A stretch of DNA of 64,000 bases from positions 17,109-81,108 of the IMG/VR virus record IMGVR_UViG_3300044609_000988. One strand, written 5' to 3'. The position numbers and the translations under genes are program-made. Of this stretch, positions 11,301-19,800 are shown one piece after another. Numbering within the stretch: the stretch's first letter is position 1; every line of letters starts with the position of its first letter. This stretch comes from a virus. Below the pieces are notes generated by a model. The model did not search any database, had not been told where the DNA came from, and saw only the letters and a program-made list of their open reading frames with translations.

Positions 11301-11901
11301 AGTTCTAGATTATTTTGAAGAGTCTGTAGTATTGTTTAACCCAATTAAGACTAGAACAGGAGAAATTACATTAGAAGATCCAGAAAATGAAGTTGTATTG
11401 AGAAATTTAAGTACAATAAATGTTATTAATAAAACCATATTCCGTGAAGAGTTTTATACTTCATATCAAGTAGGAAACGTTGGATTAACTTTAAAATCTT
11501 TCCAAGATAATATGTTTATTGATACTGGAACATTTAACTCTGGCATGTCATTACTAGAGTTATCTTTAGCGTATCCATCATTGACAATTAATGATTTTAC
11601 GGAAAGACCAACTTCTGCAATTACATTGACAGGAGAAAGATTTAATATGGGAATTCCTTCTATTCAAAATCCTGTAGTCTATGCAGTCGGATCTAATTTA
11701 TCTTCTTCAAGTATAATTGGTGTTGTGGGAAATATTTCTGCATTCCCAACTACAGGTTACTTATTACAGGCTTCTTCTACTGGACAGTATACTGTTGTTC
11801 AATATACTGGAAAAACTACATCAACATTCACTGGTTGTACTATTATTAATGGATCAAATATTATTAATTCAGGAAATCAAATTATACCATATTCCGTCTG
11901 A
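2395..11901 (+). CDS. gp7: Baseplate wedge initiator gp7-like giant structural protein (3168 aa) with a YHYH-like domain
   Basis: Sits between gp6 and gp8. N-terminal LVEQQLP…FVEKYYE and FYKAKGT; DSFFYQDYSYVIKS…HPAGFKLFG motif; SPILGFAYDG.PIYGPFG…LDENNGRFCVTPDYPNGVYAYF; many G.GY..PP.V repeats. Confidence 0.85.
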   Translation: MAPKTRKISTLVEQQLPGFISSEYVNFSKFVEKYYEQLESQGQPIDIISNITKYRDIDFYEENLLNQYTTLVSNISDNAASITVLDATSFPKENGYIRINNEICFYKSRTDTEFLDVSRGVSGNTTLGDLYSETTFVSTESASHEAGQLVYNVSNLFLYAFIKNFESQYLGAFPEKYLKGQVDKRTLIKNISKFYKAKGTDKSIKFIFNSIVSRDAGDIPEVYNPKDSTIKASTSDWVSTYSLKVKFLSGDPLSIIGERLTQALDETKPDMLYASAIVDNVVFKGSTEEGDIYEIILDPATINGTFEIASKTTLRKSITTGLSTGQKINVGSTMGWKSTGKILIGNEVIKYNAKNATQFVVDQRGTPPSTHFAGDNVYSFSTVTCKETSLLTLGILYNLNVAQAAPYSEEKDAIQISDSGFETRDPIIFNKTTNNVRWIINESNLSPSIQSNVALQNAVSEELANVSAIYEDDQYYYICSSGYPSHDILSSEVDVNLVGQNLLRLIRKNPTTTTEVYSTGNRDVGIFVDGTLVLNHKDSEFVNFGKITKITVTKNGTGYKNPPFVLINDQPKKANASLSGEVLESIAINTTESFTRIPSITITSGRGAKVDAVVTSGKITSLIIRNPGEYYSSPPVIRITDLAGRGKFADYTAVISPKGQLVDFVKVDEGKFYTKENVVVEVIEDARGTEASAFAEIEKWSFDRLKKNELKVDDSYGYVVETYDSINRQDKDYVYGRIANPTRLRILLNDNLNSAFNEPSYKTHSPILGFAYDGVPIYGPFGYQNPTDPSSLVVRLSSGYQLKSSRLNGPSVNTYPLGTFIEDYEWKPSVNTGKTELDENNGRFCVTPDYPNGVYAYFLTVNSSNVPVFPYILGKNYYSLPVDSNYNSNISQNDLPVKARRLRTPELENNGSSAYAYIESVKTGGVSGATVEDSHNNFKVGSVVRINNSNTEGSGAAASVASVVGKNVLSLETKQTKATEIKTLQTAYYFEGDTITQPSTGAVGTLIGNVINNNQLVLRDVSGSFEPNEEIESTINVINLVLSQNSSFTAGSVISLSNGIDDPVATGLVLETTNNQNSLKLKVLTGNFLVDNTLFLKSGNLNDTVGSKIIILNSLSIGIVANTINDNIAIVETDENHNLTIGDKVIIDVNPDDSLTETEYYVRKRYYQKVTLKAPRVIKKINDLGLGRYDLLNSGVDYSVGTYTNVELVFQNNTTARNEIGLPGDPGNARATIIVSGANGSNYGGVVQVIITNKGTGYRKGDILTVADDDLNRLVSSVSTQRLTLLVDHVGFAKENTELKLNSIVSVSNDDLLQIGDEIVKVTSVNEINKSVFVVRGQNQTRIVDHYNGKEISSLNARYRFTEEQRIKGDGLNDPYVSSYDEKTQELTLVFDYSSSSPNQLLRSNTFYDASSPRKLVTISSTDSSEYRLEFSKDNTNFAANPVVQIQKYYKYRFDVSHFSMTDTYLDFSSSSNYNVFTEEKFVSSISPGNPGSYLSIKLGFGPNISTNTFEQKKPINFTNYFYFIKVSDVNTQNSYLQVVDDPLTGEKEVVYSTDTKFVYNLSGVPEYDGTGTIDYTTSSKFAIGKINSILIENFGDDYRRVPTVYGIDVAEEYEAKIDVIYDAVEKKIKSIAIIDGGSNYSKPKAIVVDGDGSDAQFEVSVDSGAINRVTVRNEGRNYSYLPTIKIIETDVKVYFSSNNIGIPQTVSIVENGYAFHNDKTLYPEFKSPTTLLLEDVVDNAFAIGEKVVQYDNGNIIFSAVVAKNGFRPGSNILRLEKINGVIDKSLPIKGTVKNNTATIKAVLSTVFAPDIRTFFDNQGRFASDKGKIGVSSQKITDSFFYQDYSYVIKSKTPISVWRDLIKETVHPAGFKLFGEVAVESDGNTSMPSEIEANKTESVTFINLGAKNISVIGTRRYVTESFVNLNAFKVERGLGSISVDTFDNSETIAGEFILSTPFNGRLDSYDGQPIGDTVFTLIDKKSGLPIAPYNEQQLIITLDGVLQEPGEAYTVSGTQITFSYPPFGSNTTEGQYVTGQKFYGRYFKFKTDDLNFEYLRKLRSIESEFDGVNMQFDLYYDNNDIVKTDKNENLIITLNSIVQKAKSSVIDTSTEELNYLPEKNSYYILRSDDPDVTDKIVFSDPPIKHSDIDENTEPQLSGRESSFGYTIGSYLRLKINNDLIEYRRTGPFLIIDEITQRVKKIDNSKYALVFIDGVLQVEGESYRISGPTITFTKPLNYFVSESGEAIYPDVNIILLYGRDIAQSLTVYDFEKDTFYNKLTLTITGSGTYTQFINWYGPVGTKEIWVYQNNKALGKLRAFRKATETQWNITLSSQNVLYNSNYSLKFSTHPGLNDPSDLTISGPYQLSTLYEQNTDGDRLLSRSSSRYLYGSELADKAWYEQTRSYANLHPGDLIKIDGEKAYREVSSIPAKVKTKDYRYDSFVSNNVYSKIFATNYNDIVRGEGLAVIANIANGKVVSLDWNKRELELYFKYNLLLQPTAYQYYTPPILQFIPNDKTGGGARAEVIVYDGQVIDLKLLDGGSGYIEAPTVVVSRGYDIIKDPNRKIDSFTELNLNIEITGFTLTFSSFVDVQTARVEGNVLEIISFNGPNNLSIEGNITAIIQTINDVGLENKKLYTELYVSAGFIRPIEFSSIVSTDRQITNIIDVPFDVISRSTVTSTDRQITKNITKVVNNSIIETAPYSINDVGAFLDLPLTETDTIVYIPDTSRFPDSSRLLIGKEIVTYNKKLSDRFLDVARGTFGTTATTHNAGDYLRHLPELVTVVSAGPTTEIITEVTVSQISTTYFESVRSTQVLYDDTPVVTIQDTATNIISIEQIDIQNANSRIVTEIVIAPPDSKITSFVTTIQQNGTEYVTGINSVIDTYQQIYSSSIQTILANSIETISSATNTIVNTDIEILKETAELISQFNNVISSSIVSEIDVPVSAYTFSKVITTNVAKNADIEIFRKFGVLDYFEESVVLFNPIKTRTGEITLEDPENEVVLRNLSTINVINKTIFREEFYTSYQVGNVGLTLKSFQDNMFIDTGTFNSGMSLLELSLAYPSLTINDFTERPTSAITLTGERFNMGIPSIQNPVVYAVGSNLSSSSIIGVVGNISAFPTTGYLLQASSTGQYTVVQYTGKTTSTFTGCTIINGSNIINSGNQIIPYSV

Positions 11902-11905
11902 TCTG

Positions 11906-11919
11906 TATAAATATAAATA
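11906..11919 (+). promoter_or_regulatory. Two overlapping perfect late promoters (TATAAATATAAATA) for gp8
   Basis: TATAAATA at 11906-11913 and 11912-11919 in the gp7-gp8 gap. Confidence 0.85.
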
Positions 11920-11955
11920 CATCAGACATAAAAATTCACTAGAGAGTTCAAGTAA

Positions 11956-13785
11956 ATGGCTGCTATTATTTCAGATAAATTCAGGATTTTTAATGCTGGA
12001 CAATTTCTAGAATCTCTTTCGGAAGGTTCTACCGATACTGGCGTAGAGCGCACCAGAATGTACTTTTTTGTTGGTCGTTCTCAGAGATGGGATTCGTACT
12101 TAGAAATTTACAGCAAAAATGCTACTGCATTTGTAGCGGGCCAAGAAGTTTACGTTGGCTCTTCTTATGCAAGTGCTACATTTAAAGCAAAAATCCGTGT
12201 AGTAAATGCGGATAGCTTACTTCTTTATGATGTTCTTCCTAGCTCAACAGCTTCACCAAACGTTGGTTCAACTCTAAAAGGCTGGAACGGAACTTCAGAT
12301 ACTGGTGCTCAGGCATTAACAGGTGTATATCGTTACGCTACCGAAGATGTTCCACCTGTTCCCCTAGATAACCAAGCAGAAAAATATGATATCTATGATG
12401 ATATTATTGCTGCTAAGAGAGTAACTTCAACATATGCAAGAACAGTAATCAGAAGATACAATTGGGATCTGGTTGCTAACCCTAAATTTGACATGTGGAA
12501 GCCTGATTACTCGGCTACCCCTGGCGGTGGTGGTCAAATCGGCAAATCTGGTGCAACTGGAGCATCGTCAATTTCTGATGCTAAGTTCTATGTTGTAAAC
12601 TCAAATTATGAAGTATTCAAGTGTCTTTATAATGGCCAGTCTCCTGCAAACCCAACAGGAACAAATGCTACATATGAGCCAAAAACAACTCCAGCTGCTG
12701 GACAAGGAACCTATGCAAGTGGCATTTATTCAGAACCTTCTGGCACATATATCTGGAAATATTTGTTCACCATCCCAACCGATGATGTATTAAGATTCCT
12801 ATCAACTGACTTTATGCCAATTGTTGATAGCACAAATGCTACTCGTGTCGCAACTGAAGCTGCTGCTGTAGATGGCGAAGTACGTGTAGTTTTAGTTGAG
12901 GCTGCTGGAGCAAACTTACCTAATGGCACTCACTATGCCCCTATTACTGGTGATGGTACTGGTGGTAAAGTACAAATTGTTGTTTCTGGTGGTGCAATTA
13001 CTTCAGTTTCTGTAACTGCTGCTGGTAGTGGTTACACTTATGCAACTGTTGCTTTAGCAACTGGCACAGGTTCTGGAGCTACTGCATATGGTTTATTCAG
13101 TGACAGTGCATTAACTGCTGCTGTAACTGTTGCTTCAAACGCAACTGGAGCATTAGAGCCAATCATTTCTCCTCAAGGTGGTCATGGTGCTAACCTAGAA
13201 GAAGAGCTAAATGGTAAGCGAGTAATGCTTAACATCCGTTTAACTTATGCTGAAGGTTCTGGCGACTTCCCAGTTGATAACGATTTCCGCAGAATTGGTA
13301 TTTTAAGAAACCCACTTCTAAATGGAACTACTGATTATGCAACAGTAGATACACTTAATGGTTTATATTCCGTAAAAATCACTGGTGCTACTGCTGGTTT
13401 TGTTCCTGACGAAACTATTACTCAAACTGTAACTGGCGGAACTGCTCTAGGAACCGTTGTTTCATGGACTTTAGATTCTGGCAGCACAACTGCTGGCGTA
13501 TTGAAGTATATCCAATCACCACAACTTCACAAGAATAATGGTGTTGTTCGTGCATTTGAATCAAATGCTTCTAATGCAATTACTGGCGGCATTTCACTAG
13601 CTTCTGGTGCAGTTGACACCACTTTTGCTGATGGCACGGTTCTTCTTGGTTCTACTTTCACTGATGGCTTAGCTCTTCCAGAAATCAAAAATAACTCTGG
13701 AGAAGTAATATACATAGAGAATAGAAGACTAATCACCAGAGCCCCTGACCAAATCGAAGATATCAAACTGGTTATTGAGTTCTGA
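11956..13785 (+). CDS. gp8: Baseplate wedge subunit gp8
   Basis: MAAIISDKFRIFNA start, VFKCLYN, YIWKYLFTI, and C-terminal SGEVIYIENR…RAPDQIEDIKLVIEF. Confidence 0.93.
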   Translation: MAAIISDKFRIFNAGQFLESLSEGSTDTGVERTRMYFFVGRSQRWDSYLEIYSKNATAFVAGQEVYVGSSYASATFKAKIRVVNADSLLLYDVLPSSTASPNVGSTLKGWNGTSDTGAQALTGVYRYATEDVPPVPLDNQAEKYDIYDDIIAAKRVTSTYARTVIRRYNWDLVANPKFDMWKPDYSATPGGGGQIGKSGATGASSISDAKFYVVNSNYEVFKCLYNGQSPANPTGTNATYEPKTTPAAGQGTYASGIYSEPSGTYIWKYLFTIPTDDVLRFLSTDFMPIVDSTNATRVATEAAAVDGEVRVVLVEAAGANLPNGTHYAPITGDGTGGKVQIVVSGGAITSVSVTAAGSGYTYATVALATGTGSGATAYGLFSDSALTAAVTVASNATGALEPIISPQGGHGANLEEELNGKRVMLNIRLTYAEGSGDFPVDNDFRRIGILRNPLLNGTTDYATVDTLNGLYSVKITGATAGFVPDETITQTVTGGTALGTVVSWTLDSGSTTAGVLKYIQSPQLHKNNGVVRAFESNASNAITGGISLASGAVDTTFADGTVLLGSTFTDGLALPEIKNNSGEVIYIENRRLITRAPDQIEDIKLVIEF

Positions 13786-13824
13786 TCATTAGATTAGTAA
13801 GAAATTCTCTAGAACTTATTTACA

Positions 13825-16800
13825 ATGCCACAGAAGACAAATCTTAATGTATCCCCATACTATGATGATTTTGACGCTAAAAAGAATTTCTACAAAGTTC
13901 TTTTTAGACCAGGATATTCAATTCAGACGAGGGAGTTAACCTCCCTCCAGTCTATTCTCCAAAATCAAATTGAAAGCTACGGTAAATTTCAATTTAAACA
14001 AGGAGATTTAGTAGTACCTGGAGAAGTCGGGTTAAATACTCGATTGGATTACGTTAAGCTGTCTTCTGTTTCAGAAGTAGCAGTGAATGTAGATGGAAAT
14101 ATTGTTTTCCAAAAATATGATATTAAGAAGCTAATAGGTCAACAAGTTCAGGGAATTACATCTGGTGTTGTTGCTAATGTCTTAGCTGCAGAATATAGCT
14201 CATCAACAGAATCCGATACACTATTTGTTAAATATACAACTAGTGGCAATTCTGGGGATGAGCTAACTTTTCGTCAAGGCGAAACTTTAGAAATTATTAA
14301 TGGTGTTAATACACCCCTACTTGTTGTTGGTACTGATGGAAGCGCCTTACCAACAAGTATTAAAATTACTGATCCAGATACAAATCAATCATCATTCAAA
14401 GAAAGCCCCGCAATGGGATTTGCTTCTGCTGTTAAAGTAGAAGAAGGAATTTATTTTATTAATGGATATTTTGTAAGAAATAACGAACAGTTATTAGTAA
14501 TCAATAAGTATTATAACGAACCATCATTGATTGTTGGTTTTGATATTGAAGAGAATATCATTGCTCCTGAGCAAGATGCATCTTTATATGATAATTCAAA
14601 AGGATTTTCAAATTCAACTGCTCCAGGAGCCCACAGATTAACTATTAATCTGAAGTTGAAAACTTATGAATATGGAGCACAGACTGATAAAAATTTCATT
14701 CAGCTGTTATCAATTAAATCTGGTGTAGTTCAAAAGCAGATTAAGCAAGCTGATTATACTCTTTTAGAAAGCACTTTAGCTCGCAGAACATATGATGAAT
14801 CTGGTGATTACGTTGTAGATAATTTTTCTTTAGAAGTTAGAGAATATTATCAAAAAAATAATAATTTTGGTATCTTTACCAAAGATTCAAATAATTTAGT
14901 TAATGGTCTTTCTGAATCAGAAGCTTCTTCCAAACTTCTTGCTAGTGTAGGTCCAGGCAAAGCTTATGTAAGAGGCTACGAAATTGTTAATGGAGAAACC
15001 AAATATCTACCAATTAACAAATCCAGAGATACTATTACTCGTGATAACATTACTTTAAAGACTCAAGGATTAGCTGAATTTAAAGTTACTAACGTATATG
15101 GAACTATACCATTAAATGATGAAGGTGCTGATGCAACTGCATACCCAACTGTATTTTTAAATTCAGTATTTAATGATGGCACTATTGGTCTAAATGATCT
15201 AGAGTCGGCATCCAATCAAAAGCAAACTATTAGCAGAAGAAGCGAAGGGTTTGAAATTGGTTATGGTATTAAAACTATCTATATCTCAGTATCTAGTTTA
15301 ACCAATCCAATCCAAACTATCAATGATAGCAACTTTGATTCTGTATTAAATGATCTTTGGTTTATTAAGACAAGAACTGGCACAACACCATCAACTATTG
15401 ATAGTGTAAGACCAATTGCATATTCCAAAGTAAATCGCCCAGATCTTGCTGCAGATGTTGCTTTATTAGAGCTTACTATATACGGTAAAAAGGATTTACT
15501 ATCATTATTCCTCAAGGAATATGATGAACAATCTGCATCTAAATTACGTGATGTATTTTTATCTCAAGCAGATGCTTTCGCAAACCAAAATAAATTTGGT
15601 TCTGTAGTAGATTATAGTGAAGTTATTACTCCTGTTATTGGTCTAGCTAAACCAAAGAATTTTAGCCTAGTAGAAAGAGGCAATGGTTTTAATCAAGATA
15701 CTGATATTGTTATTTCTCGTGGCAGATTGAATGATGGTACTGCATCATACAACAGTACTTTCAAATTTAATTATTTCAATCCAGTATTTTTCACCAGACT
15801 ATTATTGGATAGTACTGTTCCTGAAAGTAACATCAGTAGCCAACAATTCACCCCAGGCAAGTACATCAAGGGTCTCCAGAGCGGTGCCTACGGGGTCGTA
15901 GAAGGCTCCTTAACCGAGTTTTACTCATATGGTAACACCCTTTTCGTAAAGACGCTCTCAGGCACCTTCCAGCCTGGCGAGAGCATCACTGACGAAAATG
16001 GAAACATTTTGCGTATTGCTAAAGAAAATACAATATCCCACTTTATTGTTGCCAAGCGTGGTGCTGGATTTGTTAATCCAACTGTAACCATTGATGGCGT
16101 TTCATATGACAACTCGAAAGTAAAAGTATTTACGGAAGGAAGTTCAGTTTACAGAATTGATGTTTTAGATAGAGATTCAGTATCAGCAGAATATTCCACT
16201 CCACCTATTGTTGTTGTAAATTCAGCCGAAGCAACAGTTTCTACTTGTATAGTGGAACCAGTTTTATATAGAGATACAGTATACACTTACTCACCACAAA
16301 ATGTAAAGTCATTCTTTGCTGAGTATGGTTCTGCAAAGAATAATAAATTTACTGCTGATATCGAAGTAAATAAGACAGCTTATACAGATACAACTCCCAT
16401 AACTGATTTCAGTTTTACTGGATTTGCTGGAGACAAGTATATTGAATGCAATGGTTTTGGTGGAGATCCAACTAAGCTATTGACGCAAGGTGATTTAATT
16501 CTATTTGCTGATGATGAAGGAAGAACGAATAGAATGATCGTTCAATATACTACTAAGCCAGAAGGATCAAAGAAAGCACGTATTTACTTAGATTATGCAT
16601 TGCCAGCAAATGCAATTAATGTTTCTGTCGTTAGATTAAGACCACAAATTTCAAATTTCAATACAAGTCTAATCTTCCCAACAGGTAGTAGCCAAGTAAG
16701 TTCACTAATCAAGGATAGTGCAGATAGTAAGTTCAAATATTATGTAAGAAGAGATTTTATCACTACAGGTTCTTCAAGTGGTGGTAGTGTTACATTTGCT

Positions 16801-19800
16801 GCTCAACTACCATTTGGCACACAAAGATTTACTTCTTACTCAGAACAAAACTTCCTAATTACAGTTATTGATAGAGGAAGTTCAACTCTAGTTTCTAATG
16901 GAGATATTCTTTATATTGATCCAAGCTATGTTAATGTCGAAACTTCATCAGATACTACAAGTGGCTTGACTGCTGGTAGTGTTATAATTACATTACCAAA
17001 TAATTTCTTTGGCAATTTAACTTCAAACTTCCCTAAGTTAAAACTGTCGGCAACTATTGAAGTTACCAAAGCCAAGCCAAGATTAAAGACAGCAATCAAA
17101 AATAAGAGAATTGTAGTTACATCTAGTGGCGATAGAGTTATTCCTCTGCGTGGTCAGGATTATGATACAGAAGAAGTAGAAATTTTCTCTTATTCTGATG
17201 CATATAAGCTAAAATATGTTTATGAAGGATCTTCAACAAATCCACCAAAAGTAGATACAAATGGCAATTTGATCTCTGGAACAGATGTAACAAATAGATT
17301 TACATTCGATGATGGTCAACGTGACACTCATTATGATGTATCCAGAATAATTTTAAAGCCTGGATTTGAAGCTCCAGTAGGTCAACTAGTTATTGGTTTT
17401 GACTATTTTGAGCATTCCCAAGGTGATTTCTGCACAGTAGATTCTTATCTACACGAAGCTGGTGTTGGTTCGGAAGAAATTCCATCATTCAATTCTTCTG
17501 TGTATGGAATTACTTCTCTAAAAGATGTAATTGATTTTAGACCAAAAGCTGATAACGATACTATTATTTCTGGATTCCAAGATAAGACTTTACTTTCGCA
17601 ACAAGATTATATTAAATTCTCTGGTCCTGGTGGCATTATAGCAGGATCTCCTGCATCAGATTTTAACTTAGAATACACATTCTCTTTCAGTGAAACACAA
17701 TATCTCGATAGAATTGACGGAGTATTTTTAGATAAGAAAGGACAATTTATTATCAAAGAAGGTAATTCTTCATTAAATCCATCTAAGCCAGAAATTATTG
17801 ATGACGCTATTGCTTTATACTATCTCTATATTCCTGCATATACAGACAGCAATAAAGATGTGAGAATTATTCCTGTCGATAACAAGCGTTACACTATGCG
17901 TGATATCGGCAAATTAGAAAAGCGTATTGAAAGATTAGAATATTATACTCTTCTCAGCGTATTGGAGCAACAAGCTTTAAATATGCAAATTAAGGATGAA
18001 ATTGGTCTTGATAGATTTAAGAGCGGTTTTGTTGTAGATAATTTCGAAACTCATCGCATTGGTAATCTTCAATCTATTGATTATAAGTGCTCTATTGATA
18101 CACAACAATCAGTACTAAGACCACAGGTAAAAGAAGACAACTTTACTCTCAAGGAAGTTTATACCAGAGTAGATGAAAGACAAAATGCTGGTTATCAAAA
18201 AACTGGCGATGTTGTCACACTACCATACACTAATGTAAGATTGCTGGGCAATAATTTTGCAACCAAGACTGTTAGCCCAAATCCATTTGTTGTTCTACAA
18301 TATGTTGGTGATGCTAATATTAGCCCATCAGTAGATCAATGGTACAACACTGATGTAGTTCCTTTAATTACTGACACAAATACAAATTTATTCACTATTT
18401 TCCTGGCTAAAGCAGATTCCAGAGATTCATTTGCTAGTTTCTACAATTCATTTGTAGTTAACTGGGTAGGTTATAATAGAAATTTCTACAATATTGCTTC
18501 TCTATCAAATATTAATTCACAACAAGCATCTTCTAATGTAGAAATTGCTTCTGTTGCTAGTACTTCTAACATCAGCCCTTTCAATAACGAAACTGCTAAA
18601 GGAGTAACAACAAAAACTACGAATGATAACTCAGTCATTTCTTCTATTCAATTCTTTGCTAGAAGTATTCCCGTTAAATTTAATCTAACCAGATTAAAGC
18701 CACAGACACAAATTTATGTGTTTATGGAAGGAATTGATATTAACCGTTGGGCGATTCCTGATATTAGATATACTGGTATTGCTGGTAATTCACCATCATC
18801 TTTCAATGCTCCAATTGTTACAGATGAAAATGGTAACGCAAGTGGCATTATTCTAATTCCTGCTGGCAAGCCACCAAGAGAAAATACTTCTTGGACAGGT
18901 AATGTTCAGACAGTAATTTATGATGATACTGCTTCTGATGTTTATATCACTTCAGGTATAAAAACTATTAGATTTACTTCCAGTTCAACCAATGAAGTAA
19001 AAGATAAGGTAGATACTTACACAGAAACTAAATTCTATTCTTCTGGAACACTACCCGAAAATCCAGCTAGTATCATTTCAACTCTACCAGCATACTTTAA
19101 AGCTAATGAAGGTGTTCAATTAGTAGATCAATCAACTAGCAATAAAGAAAAACCAAATCCATTAACACAAACATTTACTGTAGAAAATTTCGATGGTGGT
19201 GTTTTTGTAACTGGTCTTGATTTGTACTTCAATAAAAAGAGTGACAATATCCCAGTTAGAGTTTACTTGACTAATGTTGATGTTGGAAAGCCTGGCAAAT
19301 ATATTATTCCAGGAACAGAATCAGCACTATTACCAAATACATACTTAAAAGTTTTTGCTAGTGGTAATTTGACTATCACTGTTGGCGAAAAAGTAAAAGG
19401 CAAGAGTTCTGGTGCCGAAGGTCCAATTTTAAAGGTATACGATAAAAATAATATTGAAGTTCTAGCTTCAACGATTGGAGAAATTTCTCTCAGCAATGAA
19501 CAAGTATATACTCTTGTTTTAAGTAATCACAATGGCATTTCTTTCCAACAAAATGAAGCATTAGAAGTTCCTTCGGTTATTTTATACAATAATAAAACTG
19601 CTCAAAATCTAGGACTAACAATTGCCAAAGATTCTGGAAAGGTCGTAGATCTTAAAATTAAGAACGTTGGTATCAATTATCAAAGTGCTATTCTCACGAT
19701 TGAAAGTCCTCAACTACCTGGCGGCAGTACTGCTACAGGAACAGTTGATGTATCAAACGGCAAGATTTACAACACCGAAATTTCTATTGGTGGAAATGGA

